A stretch of 64,000 nucleotides of DNA from an uncultured Bacilli bacterium (GTDB lineage Bacteria; Bacillota_I; Bacilli_A; RFN20; CAG-449): NCBI GenBank assembly GCA_947627505.1, contig CANQWG010000001.1, positions 9,216 to 73,215 on the forward strand, written 5' to 3'. Positions 20,680-30,262 of this stretch are shown here, piece by piece (positions within the stretch are counted from its first letter, which is position 1; the number at the start of each line of letters is the position of its first letter). The notes below the pieces were generated by a model. The model had not been told where the DNA came from. It saw only the letters and a program-made list of their open reading frames with translations, and searched no databases. A program made the position numbers and the translations under genes.

Positions 20680-21574
20680 ACCATGGCTATTAGCTCTAGT
20701 GCCACTTTTTGGCTCATGTGCACAAAATGTTTCTTCTGAAGTCAATTCATCTATAGAAGATGAGATCAACAATAAGGTACAGGTTGTAGTTATGCTTGGT
20801 CAATCAAATATGGAAGGCCATACATTTAGTCAGTATTTATTAAACTCAGTCGGTCAAGAAAAGATGAAAGAGTACATCGCCGGTTATGGAAATGTGCTCA
20901 TTTCCTATGAGTGCCTTTATTCACAAAATTCTTCAAACGGACAATTTGTACCGGTAAAATTAGGACAAGGTAACACTCCTAATCATTTTGGACCGGAAGT
21001 AGGAATGGCTGAAGTTTTAAGTTCCAGTGACATCCAAGACAAGGTATATTTTATTAAATTTACTCAAGGCGGAACCACTCTTTCAAGTCAATGGCGGTCA
21101 CCATCGAGCCGCGCGACTGGACAATTATATTCCGAAGCGGTAAAATATATTCATAAGCAAATCGAAGCTTTGGAAAATATGGGATTGTATCCTGAAATCA
21201 GTGCATTTTGTTGGATGCAAGGCGAAAGCGATGCTTCCGGTAATGGGTATGCTTCTTATTATGAATATGAAAAAGCGTTGATTAAAGACTTAAGACAAGA
21301 GTTTTTATATTATTCTAATCCCAATGGTATAGGATTCATCGATGCCTATATTTCAAATGCTGAGCAATGGACTCACTATCAAGAGATCAATGATGCCAAG
21401 CAGCGAATCGCAAAAGAAGACGATTTAAATGTCGTTATTGACACGATTTCCGAAAATTTGGAATATGGTAATGAACCACCGGGTAGTGTCGACACAAATC
21501 ACTATGATTCGGCTTCCATGATTAAATTAGGTAATTTATTTGCTCAAAAATTATTAGAAGGGTTTATAAAATAA
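20669..21574 (+). CDS. SASA-family carbohydrate esterase lipoprotein (sialate O-acetylesterase-like / DUF303)
   Basis: Lipobox LFGSCAQ. SGNH-like motifs VVVMLGQSNMEGH and WMQGESD. Confidence 0.6.
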   Translation: MKIKPWLLALVPLFGSCAQNVSSEVNSSIEDEINNKVQVVVMLGQSNMEGHTFSQYLLNSVGQEKMKEYIAGYGNVLISYECLYSQNSSNGQFVPVKLGQGNTPNHFGPEVGMAEVLSSSDIQDKVYFIKFTQGGTTLSSQWRSPSSRATGQLYSEAVKYIHKQIEALENMGLYPEISAFCWMQGESDASGNGYASYYEYEKALIKDLRQEFLYYSNPNGIGFIDAYISNAEQWTHYQEINDAKQRIAKEDDLNVVIDTISENLEYGNEPPGSVDTNHYDSASMIKLGNLFAQKLLEGFIK

Positions 21575-21576
21575 AT

Positions 21577-22554
21577 ATGAACAGAAGAGTATCAATGAGA
21601 GATATTGCCTTAGAGTTATCAATCAGCGTTGATGCGGTTTCAAAAGCATTGCGGGATTCTAAAGAAATAAGCGAGGCAACAAAGAAAAGAGTTCGAGAAA
21701 CAGCTCGTAAAATGGGCTATGTCAAAAACTCTTTGGCGGTTTCTTTACAGGCTGGAAAAAGCAACAATATCGCTATTTTTATGAACGGACTATTGAATCC
21801 GTATTTTGCCATTATGTGCGATAAAATTATCCGTGAGTTAGCTAATCATGACTATTTGGGAATGGTATTTGTTGTTAACGGCTTTACATTACAGCCAAAC
21901 GAGATCGTCTCGGTCTTTTCTAATCAATGCTCGGCGGTTATTTCTTTGGTTGAACCGACTGAAGAAGTCGCCGAAACCTTGATCGCCAATCATATCCCTT
22001 TGTATTTAATCGGAATCAAGCCGAATAAAGAACATATCAATTATGCGATCACCGATGATTACATGGGTGGTAAAAAAGTCGCACAATTTTTCTTGGAGAA
22101 TGGATATAAAAAGGCTATTTATGTGACAAATTCCCCTTCGGAAACTTCAACACGTCGTTTTAATGGTTTTATGGATGAAGCTAAAAAAGATTCGACGCGA
22201 GAGTTATTTTCTATTTCAATTGAAGATAGCGAAGAACAAGTTTCGAATGTTATAGACATTATCGTTAAAAATAACATTGATTTCGTTTTCTGTTTCTCGG
22301 ATTATCTAGCTTTATTTTTACGTAATAATTTAGAAAAAAAGCATTTTTATAAAGATATTATGATTTTCGGTTTTGATAATATTTCTGAGATCATTCATAT
22401 TTATGAACCGATTAATTCGGTTTCTTCAAATATCAATCTTATTATAAAGGATGTTGTCGAAGATTTAGATATCGGGCAAAAGGCACAAGATTATACGAGA
22501 AGGATGGAAAAAGAATATTCGGTAGAATTATCAATATACACTAGAAGTAGATAA
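21577..22554 (+). CDS. LacI-family transcriptional regulator
   Basis: N-terminal HTH MRDIALELSISVDAVSKALRD followed by a periplasmic-binding-protein-like domain. Confidence 0.8.
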   Translation: MNRRVSMRDIALELSISVDAVSKALRDSKEISEATKKRVRETARKMGYVKNSLAVSLQAGKSNNIAIFMNGLLNPYFAIMCDKIIRELANHDYLGMVFVVNGFTLQPNEIVSVFSNQCSAVISLVEPTEEVAETLIANHIPLYLIGIKPNKEHINYAITDDYMGGKKVAQFFLENGYKKAIYVTNSPSETSTRRFNGFMDEAKKDSTRELFSISIEDSEEQVSNVIDIIVKNNIDFVFCFSDYLALFLRNNLEKKHFYKDIMIFGFDNISEIIHIYEPINSVSSNINLIIKDVVEDLDIGQKAQDYTRRMEKEYSVELSIYTRSR

Positions 22555-23930
22555 TGAGTTTACGAGGTAAGATGATGAAGGACATTAAAAAAATCGTCAA
22601 TAAATTTATAGCATACGCTGATAAATATTTGGAATTGAATAAAAATGATGAAATTTTTGTTAAGAATCGTGTCTTGGAAATATTATCAAAAAGTACGGGA
22701 GAGAAATTAACTTTAGAGGAAAGAGATGAAATATTCTCAACGCTAAGTTTAATGCCAAGTAAAATTCAAGAGAAATTTTCTTCGTTATTAGCCACTGATG
22801 GTAAAGCAGCCATGGATTGGTTTTATAATTATTGTGTTCACAATGATTATGTAAAATTGTCGCAATTAAATAAAAACCCACGATTCAATAGAAATGGTTT
22901 GATTATCACCATCAATAAAGCCAAACCAGAGTTTAAAAATCCTCAAAAAGCCAAGCAAGAAAATAGTGTTGAAGGAGGATTTGCCGAATGTGTTATTTGT
23001 CGGGAAAATGAAGGTTTTGGTTTAAGAAATAAAAGAAATCTTCGCACGGTCGAAATAACTCTCGGTGGCGAAAAATGGTTTTGGCAATTTTCACCATATG
23101 GATATTTCAAAGAACACGGAATCGCCGTGAATTGTAAGCATATTCCGATGCATATTGACAAAACCACGTTTATAAATCTTATGGATTTCGTAGATTTATT
23201 TCCGCATTATTTTATCGGGAGCAATGCGGCGTTACCGCGAATAGGGGGAAGTGTTCTTGCTCACGATCATTATCAAGGCGGAAGAGAAATATTGCCGATG
23301 CATCAAGCAACAGCGGCTTATACACTTTATCACAAAGACTACCTCGATATTATCGCTGAAGTTGTTTCTTGGAATGGTTCGGTTATTCGCTTAGTTTCAA
23401 AAAATCGTAATAGCATAAGTGCTTTAAGTGAAATTATTTTTAATGCTTGGATAAATTACGAAAATGTCGAATTAGGAATAATTGCTAAAGACGATGAAGG
23501 CTTTCATAATGCGATTAGTCCTACTTTAAGAAAAACCGAACGCGGATATGAAATGAATATTATTTTACGCAACAATGTTGTCAGTAAGGAATTTCCCGAT
23601 GGAGTATTTCATGCTCACCCTCAATATCACATGATAAAAAAGGAAAGCATCGGTTTAATTGAGGCTCAAGGTTTGTTTATTCTTCCGGGTAGACTTGAAA
23701 AACAATTAAATTATCTTGAAGAACTTATTAAAAATAATATCGCTTTACCTAAAGAATATGCTGAATTTAAAATGGTCTATGATCATGTAAAAATAATGAA
23801 GGGCGATGTTCATGAAGCGATGCAAAATGAAATTGCTAGAATATGTAATTGCATTTTGAAAGATACCGCGGTATTTAAAGATAAAAAACAGATGGTAAAT
23901 TTTTTAATCGATTTAGGATTTAATTTATGA
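22554..23930 (+). CDS. galT: Galactose-1-phosphate uridylyltransferase (GalT family 2, Firmicute type)
   Basis: Motifs FIGSNAALPRIGGSVLAHDHYQGG, FPDGVFHAHPQYHMIKKE…GLFILPGRL and DTAVFK match the ~500-aa Gram-positive GalT. It lies directly upstream of galK. Confidence 0.8.
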   Translation: MSLRGKMMKDIKKIVNKFIAYADKYLELNKNDEIFVKNRVLEILSKSTGEKLTLEERDEIFSTLSLMPSKIQEKFSSLLATDGKAAMDWFYNYCVHNDYVKLSQLNKNPRFNRNGLIITINKAKPEFKNPQKAKQENSVEGGFAECVICRENEGFGLRNKRNLRTVEITLGGEKWFWQFSPYGYFKEHGIAVNCKHIPMHIDKTTFINLMDFVDLFPHYFIGSNAALPRIGGSVLAHDHYQGGREILPMHQATAAYTLYHKDYLDIIAEVVSWNGSVIRLVSKNRNSISALSEIIFNAWINYENVELGIIAKDDEGFHNAISPTLRKTERGYEMNIILRNNVVSKEFPDGVFHAHPQYHMIKKESIGLIEAQGLFILPGRLEKQLNYLEELIKNNIALPKEYAEFKMVYDHVKIMKGDVHEAMQNEIARICNCILKDTAVFKDKKQMVNFLIDLGFNL

Positions 23931-25048
23931 TGAAAGAAAATTATGAATATAAAATCTCTGCTTCAGGCAGAGTAAATATCATTGGTGAACACATCGATTA
24001 TTGTGGTGGTAAAGTTATGCCGGCCGCCATATCTTTAAAAAATACGATATATGTTAGAGATAATGATTCTAATATGATCAATATCAGTTGGACAACTTTA
24101 AATGATAAAGTTTCTTTGCAGATTGATAAACTTGAAGAGTATCGAAACTTAAAATATGGTAATTATCAAGCCGGAGCGGCCTTGATGTGGCAAAGGGCGG
24201 GGCATCTTGTAAAAGGATGTGATATGCTTTTTGATTGTAATATCCCTTTTGGTAGCGGTCTTTCAAGTTCAGCGGCTATTGAGGTTTCAACAATTGTAGC
24301 TCTTGCTACTATCGCTAAAGAAAAAATTGATAAGGTTGAAATAGCCCTTATCGCTCAAAAAGCGGAGAAAGAATATGCCGGCGTTAATTGTGGTATCATG
24401 GATCAATACGCATCTGCTTGTGGAAAAAAAGGTAATTTATTATTGCTTGATTGTAGCACGTTAGAATGTGAGTATTTGCCGTTAAATCTAGGTGACTATT
24501 CTTTAGTTATCACAAATTGCAATAAACCGCATAGCTTAATCGAAAGCAAATATAATGAACGAAGATTAGAAACTTCCAAAGCATTAAAAATATTGCAACA
24601 AGTTCTCGATATTAAATCTCTTTCGGAAGTAACTAATGATCAATTTATAAAATATGGTTATCTATTAGAACAACCATTAAGAAAGAGAGTAGCGCATATC
24701 GTAAGTGAGTGTGAACGTGTTAATTTAGCGATTCGTGCATTAAAAAAAGGAAATATTAAGCTTTTAGGAAATTTATTAAATGAATCACATACATCATTAA
24801 AAGATAATTACGAAGTAACGGGTAAAGAGCCGGATGCATTGGTTTTAGCGGCACAAACTCATAGTGCATGCATTGGTTCAAGATTAACAGGAGGTGGCTT
24901 TGGAGGATGTACGATTTCTCTTGTAAAATCGTCGGAAATTGAAGATTTTAAAAAACATGTCTTTGACACTTATTATAAAGCGACGGGTTATAAAGCGGAG
25001 TTTTATGATTGTGAAATTTCAGATGGAATAAAAATAGAGAAAATATGA
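23927..25048 (+). CDS. galK: Galactokinase
   Basis: GHMP kinase signatures GRVNIIGEHIDYCGG and PFGSGLSSSAAIEV. Confidence 0.85.
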   Translation: MMKENYEYKISASGRVNIIGEHIDYCGGKVMPAAISLKNTIYVRDNDSNMINISWTTLNDKVSLQIDKLEEYRNLKYGNYQAGAALMWQRAGHLVKGCDMLFDCNIPFGSGLSSSAAIEVSTIVALATIAKEKIDKVEIALIAQKAEKEYAGVNCGIMDQYASACGKKGNLLLLDCSTLECEYLPLNLGDYSLVITNCNKPHSLIESKYNERRLETSKALKILQQVLDIKSLSEVTNDQFIKYGYLLEQPLRKRVAHIVSECERVNLAIRALKKGNIKLLGNLLNESHTSLKDNYEVTGKEPDALVLAAQTHSACIGSRLTGGGFGGCTISLVKSSEIEDFKKHVFDTYYKATGYKAEFYDCEISDGIKIEKI

Positions 25049-25111
25049 TTGTAAATTGTTGATGATATTTTTAACCATTTTTAATAATTTGTGATATGAT
25101 TATAAAGAACC

Positions 25112-25188
25112 GCTCCAATAGCTCAAGTGGATAGAGCACAGGTCTTCGAAACCTGGTGTTGTAGGTTCGAGTCCTATTTGGAGCGCCA
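25112..25188 (+). tRNA. tRNA-Arg (anticodon TCG)
   Basis: Manual cloverleaf: acceptor GCTCCAA/TTGGAGC, U8, D-stem GCTC/GAGC, anticodon stem CAGGT/ACCTG, loop CTTCGAA, T-loop TTCGAGT, encoded CCA. Confidence 0.75.
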
Positions 25189-25630
25189 AAAGAGTATAAT
25201 CCGAATTGTTTACTTGTTATGAGTGAATATCTCGGATTTTTTTGCTTCAAATAATAGCCATATGCAGACAAATAGCCGACGAAGTGCAAGGCTTTGTCGA
25301 CAGATCATTAGTTCTGCATTGAAATCACCTCTTGAAAATCATTTTGCATTCAGCTATATAGGAAAGTTGCCGCAGATAATTAGGGTTCGAAAAGAAAAAT
25401 TTTTCTCGGCGTATTCAAAAAAGGTATAAAAAACTGTTGACGTTCTCCACAAATCATCGACATCGACCATATTTATCAAAGTGACGGCCAACCTTTCTAT
25501 CAAGTTAAAGAGAATTGTACTTGCTTTTATAATACATATTAATTTTCAATATGGTTATTCACTTGATTTTTTACCGAAAATTGTTGTACCATTTATTTGC
25601 TATTAATAAGTTGATTAAAGAGATTAGAAA

Positions 25631-27442
25631 ATGAAAAATGCAAGGCGAATATATTCAGTATACGGATTATCTATTATTTTAATATTAATTTTTACTCTTT
25701 TGACGGGTTGTCAAAGCACCGATAAAAGTAATTCCTTTATAGATACTTCTAGTTTGCAATATACAGAGTTTATCTATGATGCAAATAAAGATCAAACAAA
25801 GGTAGTATGGGAAGCTACTTTAACCAATGATACAATATTTAATTTTGATAATTTTTCTATAACTTTCAAATTGTATAATCAATCTAATCTTGTAAAAACC
25901 GATACATATCATTACAACAGAGGAGTAAAGCATGGTGAGGAATATACTGGCTCTTTTAATTTTTATGTTGATGGCAAGATTGATTCGATAGAGTATGTTT
26001 CTTGGACAGCGAATTATATTTCTTTTTGGGATACATATAAAATCTGGATTATCGCTATGAGTGTCGTGGCGGGAGTTGCTACACTTATTTATATTATTGT
26101 AATGATAGTCAAAGATCTTGAGTTTGAAGATATATGGGATGCGACCGTGGAGTTTTTTTCAAATCTCGTATGGGTAGCTATTGATTTTTCGATTTTGTTT
26201 GCCGGCATTATTTTTGGAATCATCACCTCATATTGGGTGCCGATCCTAATTGTGTTGGGCGGAATAGTTGCGTTTATTGTTTTGGTTTTATTGGCACAGT
26301 TAATCAAATTTATTGTAGTCGCGATAGCCGATACGATAGCCGATAATATCGATTTCGGCATCTGTGGCGGTGATATTCAAAGCGTTGTTGAGGAAAATAA
26401 GTATTTCGACTCTTCGCGCGAAAATATAGCAGATTATATTGATGATGAAAATGCTTTAATGCTCTTTACTGTCGAACAGCTAAAAGAATATTGCAAAAAC
26501 AATGAAATAAAGGGATATTCATCATTAAACAAACCCGCGCTTGTAGATTTGATAATCCATTCTAAAAAATCGGAAACAGAACCCCTAAAAAGCAAAAAAA
26601 ACTGTCAAACGACTCCGAAAAAAATCAGTAAATTAACTTTTGATGATATCGCAGGGCTTGATGAAGCAAAAAACGCTTTTCGGGAAAAGGTTGTATATGC
26701 ATTTTTACACAAAGATTTATATGAAAAATACGGCAAAAAAGTTGGAGGCGGATTGTTGCTATATGGATTGCCCGGCACGGGTAAAACAATGTTTGCGGAA
26801 GCTGCTTCAAACGAAACCGATTCCCTATTTATCCCGATTAAGTGTTCCGACATCAAGTCAAAATGGTATGGCGAATCGGAAACAAATGTCAAAAGCATTT
26901 TCTTAAAGGCAAGAAAAGCAAAGAAGGCGATTATTTTCTTTGATGAGTTCGAGGCAATTGGTGCAAAAAGAACCGACGACGGCAATAATCTCGATAATAA
27001 TCTTGTGCCGCAAATTTTGGCTGAGATGCAAGGCGTTGGCTCGAATGATCAAAATTGCGTGATATTAGTGATAGCGGCAACAAATAAACCATGGATGATC
27101 GATAGTGCTTTTTTGAGACCAGGACGCTTTGATGAAAAAATATATATTCCTTTGCCTGATTTTGCAGCGAGGAAAAAACTTTTTCAATTAAAATTGCAAT
27201 CTGTGCCACAAGAAGAATTAGATTACGACTACCTTGCCAACATTACCGACGGATTCAACTGTGCAGATATCGGAGCATTTTGCGATAAACTGAAAATGCT
27301 TGCAATCAAAAAAAGCATTGCAGACAATATTGAATATCCGATAACTATGCAGTATGTCAAAGAATTGGAAGGCACGGTGAAATCAACTGTTTCCGACGAA
27401 GATATCGTTAAACTTTTGGAATTTAAGGAGCAATACAGCTAA
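25631..27442 (+). CDS. Membrane-anchored AAA+ ATPase. It has an N-terminal lipoprotein / extracytoplasmic domain, three TM helices, a SAP/Rho-N-like motif and a C-terminal AAA domain.
   Basis: Lipobox LLTGCQS, hydrophobic segments, LKEYCKNNEIKGYSSLNKPALVDLI (SAP/Rho_N-like), Walker A GLPGTGKT and Walker B IIFFDEFE. Confidence 0.6.
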   Translation: MKNARRIYSVYGLSIILILIFTLLTGCQSTDKSNSFIDTSSLQYTEFIYDANKDQTKVVWEATLTNDTIFNFDNFSITFKLYNQSNLVKTDTYHYNRGVKHGEEYTGSFNFYVDGKIDSIEYVSWTANYISFWDTYKIWIIAMSVVAGVATLIYIIVMIVKDLEFEDIWDATVEFFSNLVWVAIDFSILFAGIIFGIITSYWVPILIVLGGIVAFIVLVLLAQLIKFIVVAIADTIADNIDFGICGGDIQSVVEENKYFDSSRENIADYIDDENALMLFTVEQLKEYCKNNEIKGYSSLNKPALVDLIIHSKKSETEPLKSKKNCQTTPKKISKLTFDDIAGLDEAKNAFREKVVYAFLHKDLYEKYGKKVGGGLLLYGLPGTGKTMFAEAASNETDSLFIPIKCSDIKSKWYGESETNVKSIFLKARKAKKAIIFFDEFEAIGAKRTDDGNNLDNNLVPQILAEMQGVGSNDQNCVILVIAATNKPWMIDSAFLRPGRFDEKIYIPLPDFAARKKLFQLKLQSVPQEELDYDYLANITDGFNCADIGAFCDKLKMLAIKKSIADNIEYPITMQYVKELEGTVKSTVSDEDIVKLLEFKEQYS

Positions 27443-28037
27443 ATTTTAAGAAACCGAGTTAGTACTAAATAATGCTAACTAGTTTTTTGGATGACGGGCA
27501 GTCATATATCTAGGATTAAAGTTCCGAAAGGTGTAGTTGTCAACGAACTCGATAACTACTTGCATAGTATAAATTCAATTAGGCAATGCTTAGATTGTTT
27601 TCGGATATAAAATTGTTTGTGTATTTCTCTCTTTTTCTTTCACCGACAAACCTCGCCATTTTTTCAACTAAAAATTCTATTTCAAGGGTGCGATCCAACT
27701 TTTTGTAATAATGCAAAGTGTAACCATTTTTTATGATCATTTCGCAATCAAATTTTCGTAGGTGCTGCATTTTCGACCATCTAATCAATAATTTTTGCAT
27801 ATTTTTGGACATATCAATAGCAAAAAAATGCATATTTTTGGACTATAGTATGGTTTAAATTGAACTTGTCAACAAAAGTAGACACAAATAATGAAAGTAA
27901 TTTTTACGTAAGACCTTAAATTACTAAATTTACGATAAAGTTCATCTTCATTCATTAAAAAAATTTTTTAGATTACAAACTATTAAATTGTTGACAAAAC
28001 AACAAAAAATTAATATTATATCGCCAAGAGGTAATCT

Positions 28038-28490
28038 ATGGAACAACGTTATACGACATTTTCTTTACTGCTTATAAATATTTCAAGGTGTGTTCAAAAA
28101 ATCAAAAACGCTGAGATGGCAACACTTGGACTTAAAGGAAAACAAGTGCAATGTTTATTTGGACTTTACCTTTGTGAAGAAGGGGTAAGTTTAACAAAGC
28201 TCGGTCAAATGTGTGGCGAAGATAAGGGAATGATGTCTAGAACTATAAAAGAACTCACTGAGGAAGGATTGGTTTACGTCGATGTAAAGAGCAATCGAAA
28301 ATATAAAAATCCGATCCGCCTCACTGAAAAAGGTGAACGCATCGCTGGCATTGTCGCTGAAAAAATATCAGTTCTCCTTGAAGAAGGTAGTTCCGGCATC
28401 ACCGAAGATGAACGTACGCAACTCTATCATTCACTTGGAATAATTTCCGACAATTTGATTGAAATTTGTAAAAGATACGACTCAGAGTAA
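28038..28490 (+). CDS. MarR-family transcriptional regulator
   Basis: 150 aa with a winged-helix region (…MSRTIKELTEEGLVYV…). Confidence 0.65.
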   Translation: MEQRYTTFSLLLINISRCVQKIKNAEMATLGLKGKQVQCLFGLYLCEEGVSLTKLGQMCGEDKGMMSRTIKELTEEGLVYVDVKSNRKYKNPIRLTEKGERIAGIVAEKISVLLEEGSSGITEDERTQLYHSLGIISDNLIEICKRYDSE

Positions 28491-29213
28491 ATGATAAATA
28501 ATTTTATATGGAGGGATTTAGTTATGTGTAAAAATCTTGTAACGCAACTTATATATCGCGTGGTGTTATGTGTTGTTTCTGCATTTGCTTGTCTATTGTC
28601 GCTTGGCATCTTTTATATCGGCAAAAACGCCGGAAATGAATTCTCATGGAATTTTTTAAAGTATTACACCAATGTAAGCAATTATTTTGTCTTAATTGTC
28701 TCGATTATTGTTTTGGCTGATACAGTAAAACGAGTGAAAGCGGGTGAAACTGAAGGATATAACCGAAAGTTAAGGACATTTAAATTCATGACAGTCGTCA
28801 TGATTCTTGTCACATTTCTTGTCGTCATCTTTTTGCTTGAATCGCCTTTGCAAGCGGATTATTGGCGAAATGTTGGAAATATGTCTTATCATTTTCTAGC
28901 GCCACTTCTTTTTATTCTTGACTATGTTCTTTTTGAAAAAAAGCGAACGATCTCTGTTTTTGCGCCACTTTATAGCCTTATTATTCCGCTTATTTATGTA
29001 GCGTATATCTTGATTCTTGGAGTTTGTATTCCTGATTTTAGCTATCCATACTTTTTCCTTGATGTAAATGAAATCGGTTATGGTGGAGTTCTTCTTTGGG
29101 TGTTAGGTCTTATGGGCGTATTTGTCGTTCTTGGCTATATGCTTTGGTTATGGAACCGATTTGATAAAATCGACGGAAAGTGGAAATTTGATTTAAAGAG
29201 ATTAAAAGCGTAA
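28491..29213 (+). CDS. Integral membrane protein of unknown function (6 predicted TM)
   Basis: Hydrophobic profile only. Start overlaps the MarR gene's stop codon by 2 nt. Confidence 0.45.
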   Translation: MINNFIWRDLVMCKNLVTQLIYRVVLCVVSAFACLLSLGIFYIGKNAGNEFSWNFLKYYTNVSNYFVLIVSIIVLADTVKRVKAGETEGYNRKLRTFKFMTVVMILVTFLVVIFLLESPLQADYWRNVGNMSYHFLAPLLFILDYVLFEKKRTISVFAPLYSLIIPLIYVAYILILGVCIPDFSYPYFFLDVNEIGYGGVLLWVLGLMGVFVVLGYMLWLWNRFDKIDGKWKFDLKRLKA

Positions 29214-29238
29214 TGCATACAAAAGGATGAAATGAAAA

Positions 29239-30099
29239 ATGATAAAAATTTTGATTGATAGTGCTTCGGATATCGAACAGATAGAAGCACAACAGATGGG
29301 ATTATATTTGATTCCAATAGAGGTTATGTTTGGCAATGAGACTTTTTATGATGGAGTCGACCTTTCCCATACACAATTTTTCGAAAAACTGATTGAAAAC
29401 GATATATTTCCAAAAACCAGTCAAATTAACGAATATAGATGGAAAGAGGCATTTAAAGAATTGACGCAAAATGGTGATCAAGTGATTGCAATCACGATCT
29501 CGTCAAAACTTTCCGGAACGTTCGCTTCCGCTCAAGCAGCCGCTAAGCAATTTCCAGGGCAAGTTTTCGTCATCGATAGTTTAAACGCTGCCGCTGGAGA
29601 AAGAATTCTTGGTGAATATGCATTGAGGCTTTTGAAAAATGGAATGGATGTCGAAACAGTGGTTAATGAATTAAACAAAAAGAAAAAGAAAATTCAAGTT
29701 ATCGCCGTCGTCGATACCTTGAAATACTTAAGGAAAGGCGGAAGAATTTCAAGCGTCGTCGCTTTTGCGGGTGAAATGTTTTATGTCAAGCCTGTCGTTT
29801 CGGTTGTTGACGGAGAACTGAAACTCGTGGGTAAGGCAATCGGCAGCAAGCGAAGCAATAACTTATTGATGCAACTTGTAGAAAAATGCGGAGGAATCGA
29901 TTTTTCATTGCCATACGCACTCATGTATTCGGGACTTTCTGACGAATATCTCCAAAAATATTTGCGTGATAGTGAAAAACTTTGGAAGCAACATATCGAT
30001 GATTTGGACAAAATTCCGTCTTATTTGATTGGAAGTACCATAGGTGCCCATATCGGACCCAATGCTATTGGTGTCGCTTTCTTTTCTAATGAAAAATAA
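29239..30099 (+). CDS. DegV-family fatty-acid-binding protein
   Basis: MIKILIDSASDI… and overall length (286 aa) are typical of DegV. Confidence 0.75.
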   Translation: MIKILIDSASDIEQIEAQQMGLYLIPIEVMFGNETFYDGVDLSHTQFFEKLIENDIFPKTSQINEYRWKEAFKELTQNGDQVIAITISSKLSGTFASAQAAAKQFPGQVFVIDSLNAAAGERILGEYALRLLKNGMDVETVVNELNKKKKKIQVIAVVDTLKYLRKGGRISSVVAFAGEMFYVKPVVSVVDGELKLVGKAIGSKRSNNLLMQLVEKCGGIDFSLPYALMYSGLSDEYLQKYLRDSEKLWKQHIDDLDKIPSYLIGSTIGAHIGPNAIGVAFFSNEK

Positions 30100-30262
30100 T
30101 TTTAAATAGTAAATAATAGATTCTTATCTTTTTTTCGATGCAAAAAATGTAATTATATACTATTATTCGGCGTAAAAAATGTAGTATAGTACGAAAATTC
30201 GCTGTAATTTGTGTAAAACAAGTGCTATACTATATTTGAAAATCGAATAGGAGGAAAAGCCT

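Noticed and set aside
8499-24266. Short minus- or plus-strand ORFs nested in the carbohydrate locus (8499-8789, 9216-9500, 10047-10256, 10546-10737, 13755-14036, 15722-16024, 16124-16315, 17707-17943, 19982-20170, 22660-22881, 22943-23167, 24084-24266)
   Set aside because: All lie antisense to, or inside, well-supported longer genes. They have no RBS or domain signal and are ORF-finder noise.
25071-25429. ORFs 25071-25289 (minus strand) and 25223-25429 (plus strand)
   Set aside because: The first overlaps tRNA-Arg(TCG). The second lies in an intergenic stretch with no RBS. The slightly GC-richer 25190-25450 segment was checked for a recognisable ncRNA (tmRNA, 6S, RNase P, SRP) but no diagnostic motifs were found.
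26089-27209. Five small ORFs antisense to, or out of frame within, the AAA+ ATPase gene
   Set aside because: They are nested in a gene with clear Walker motifs and are spurious.
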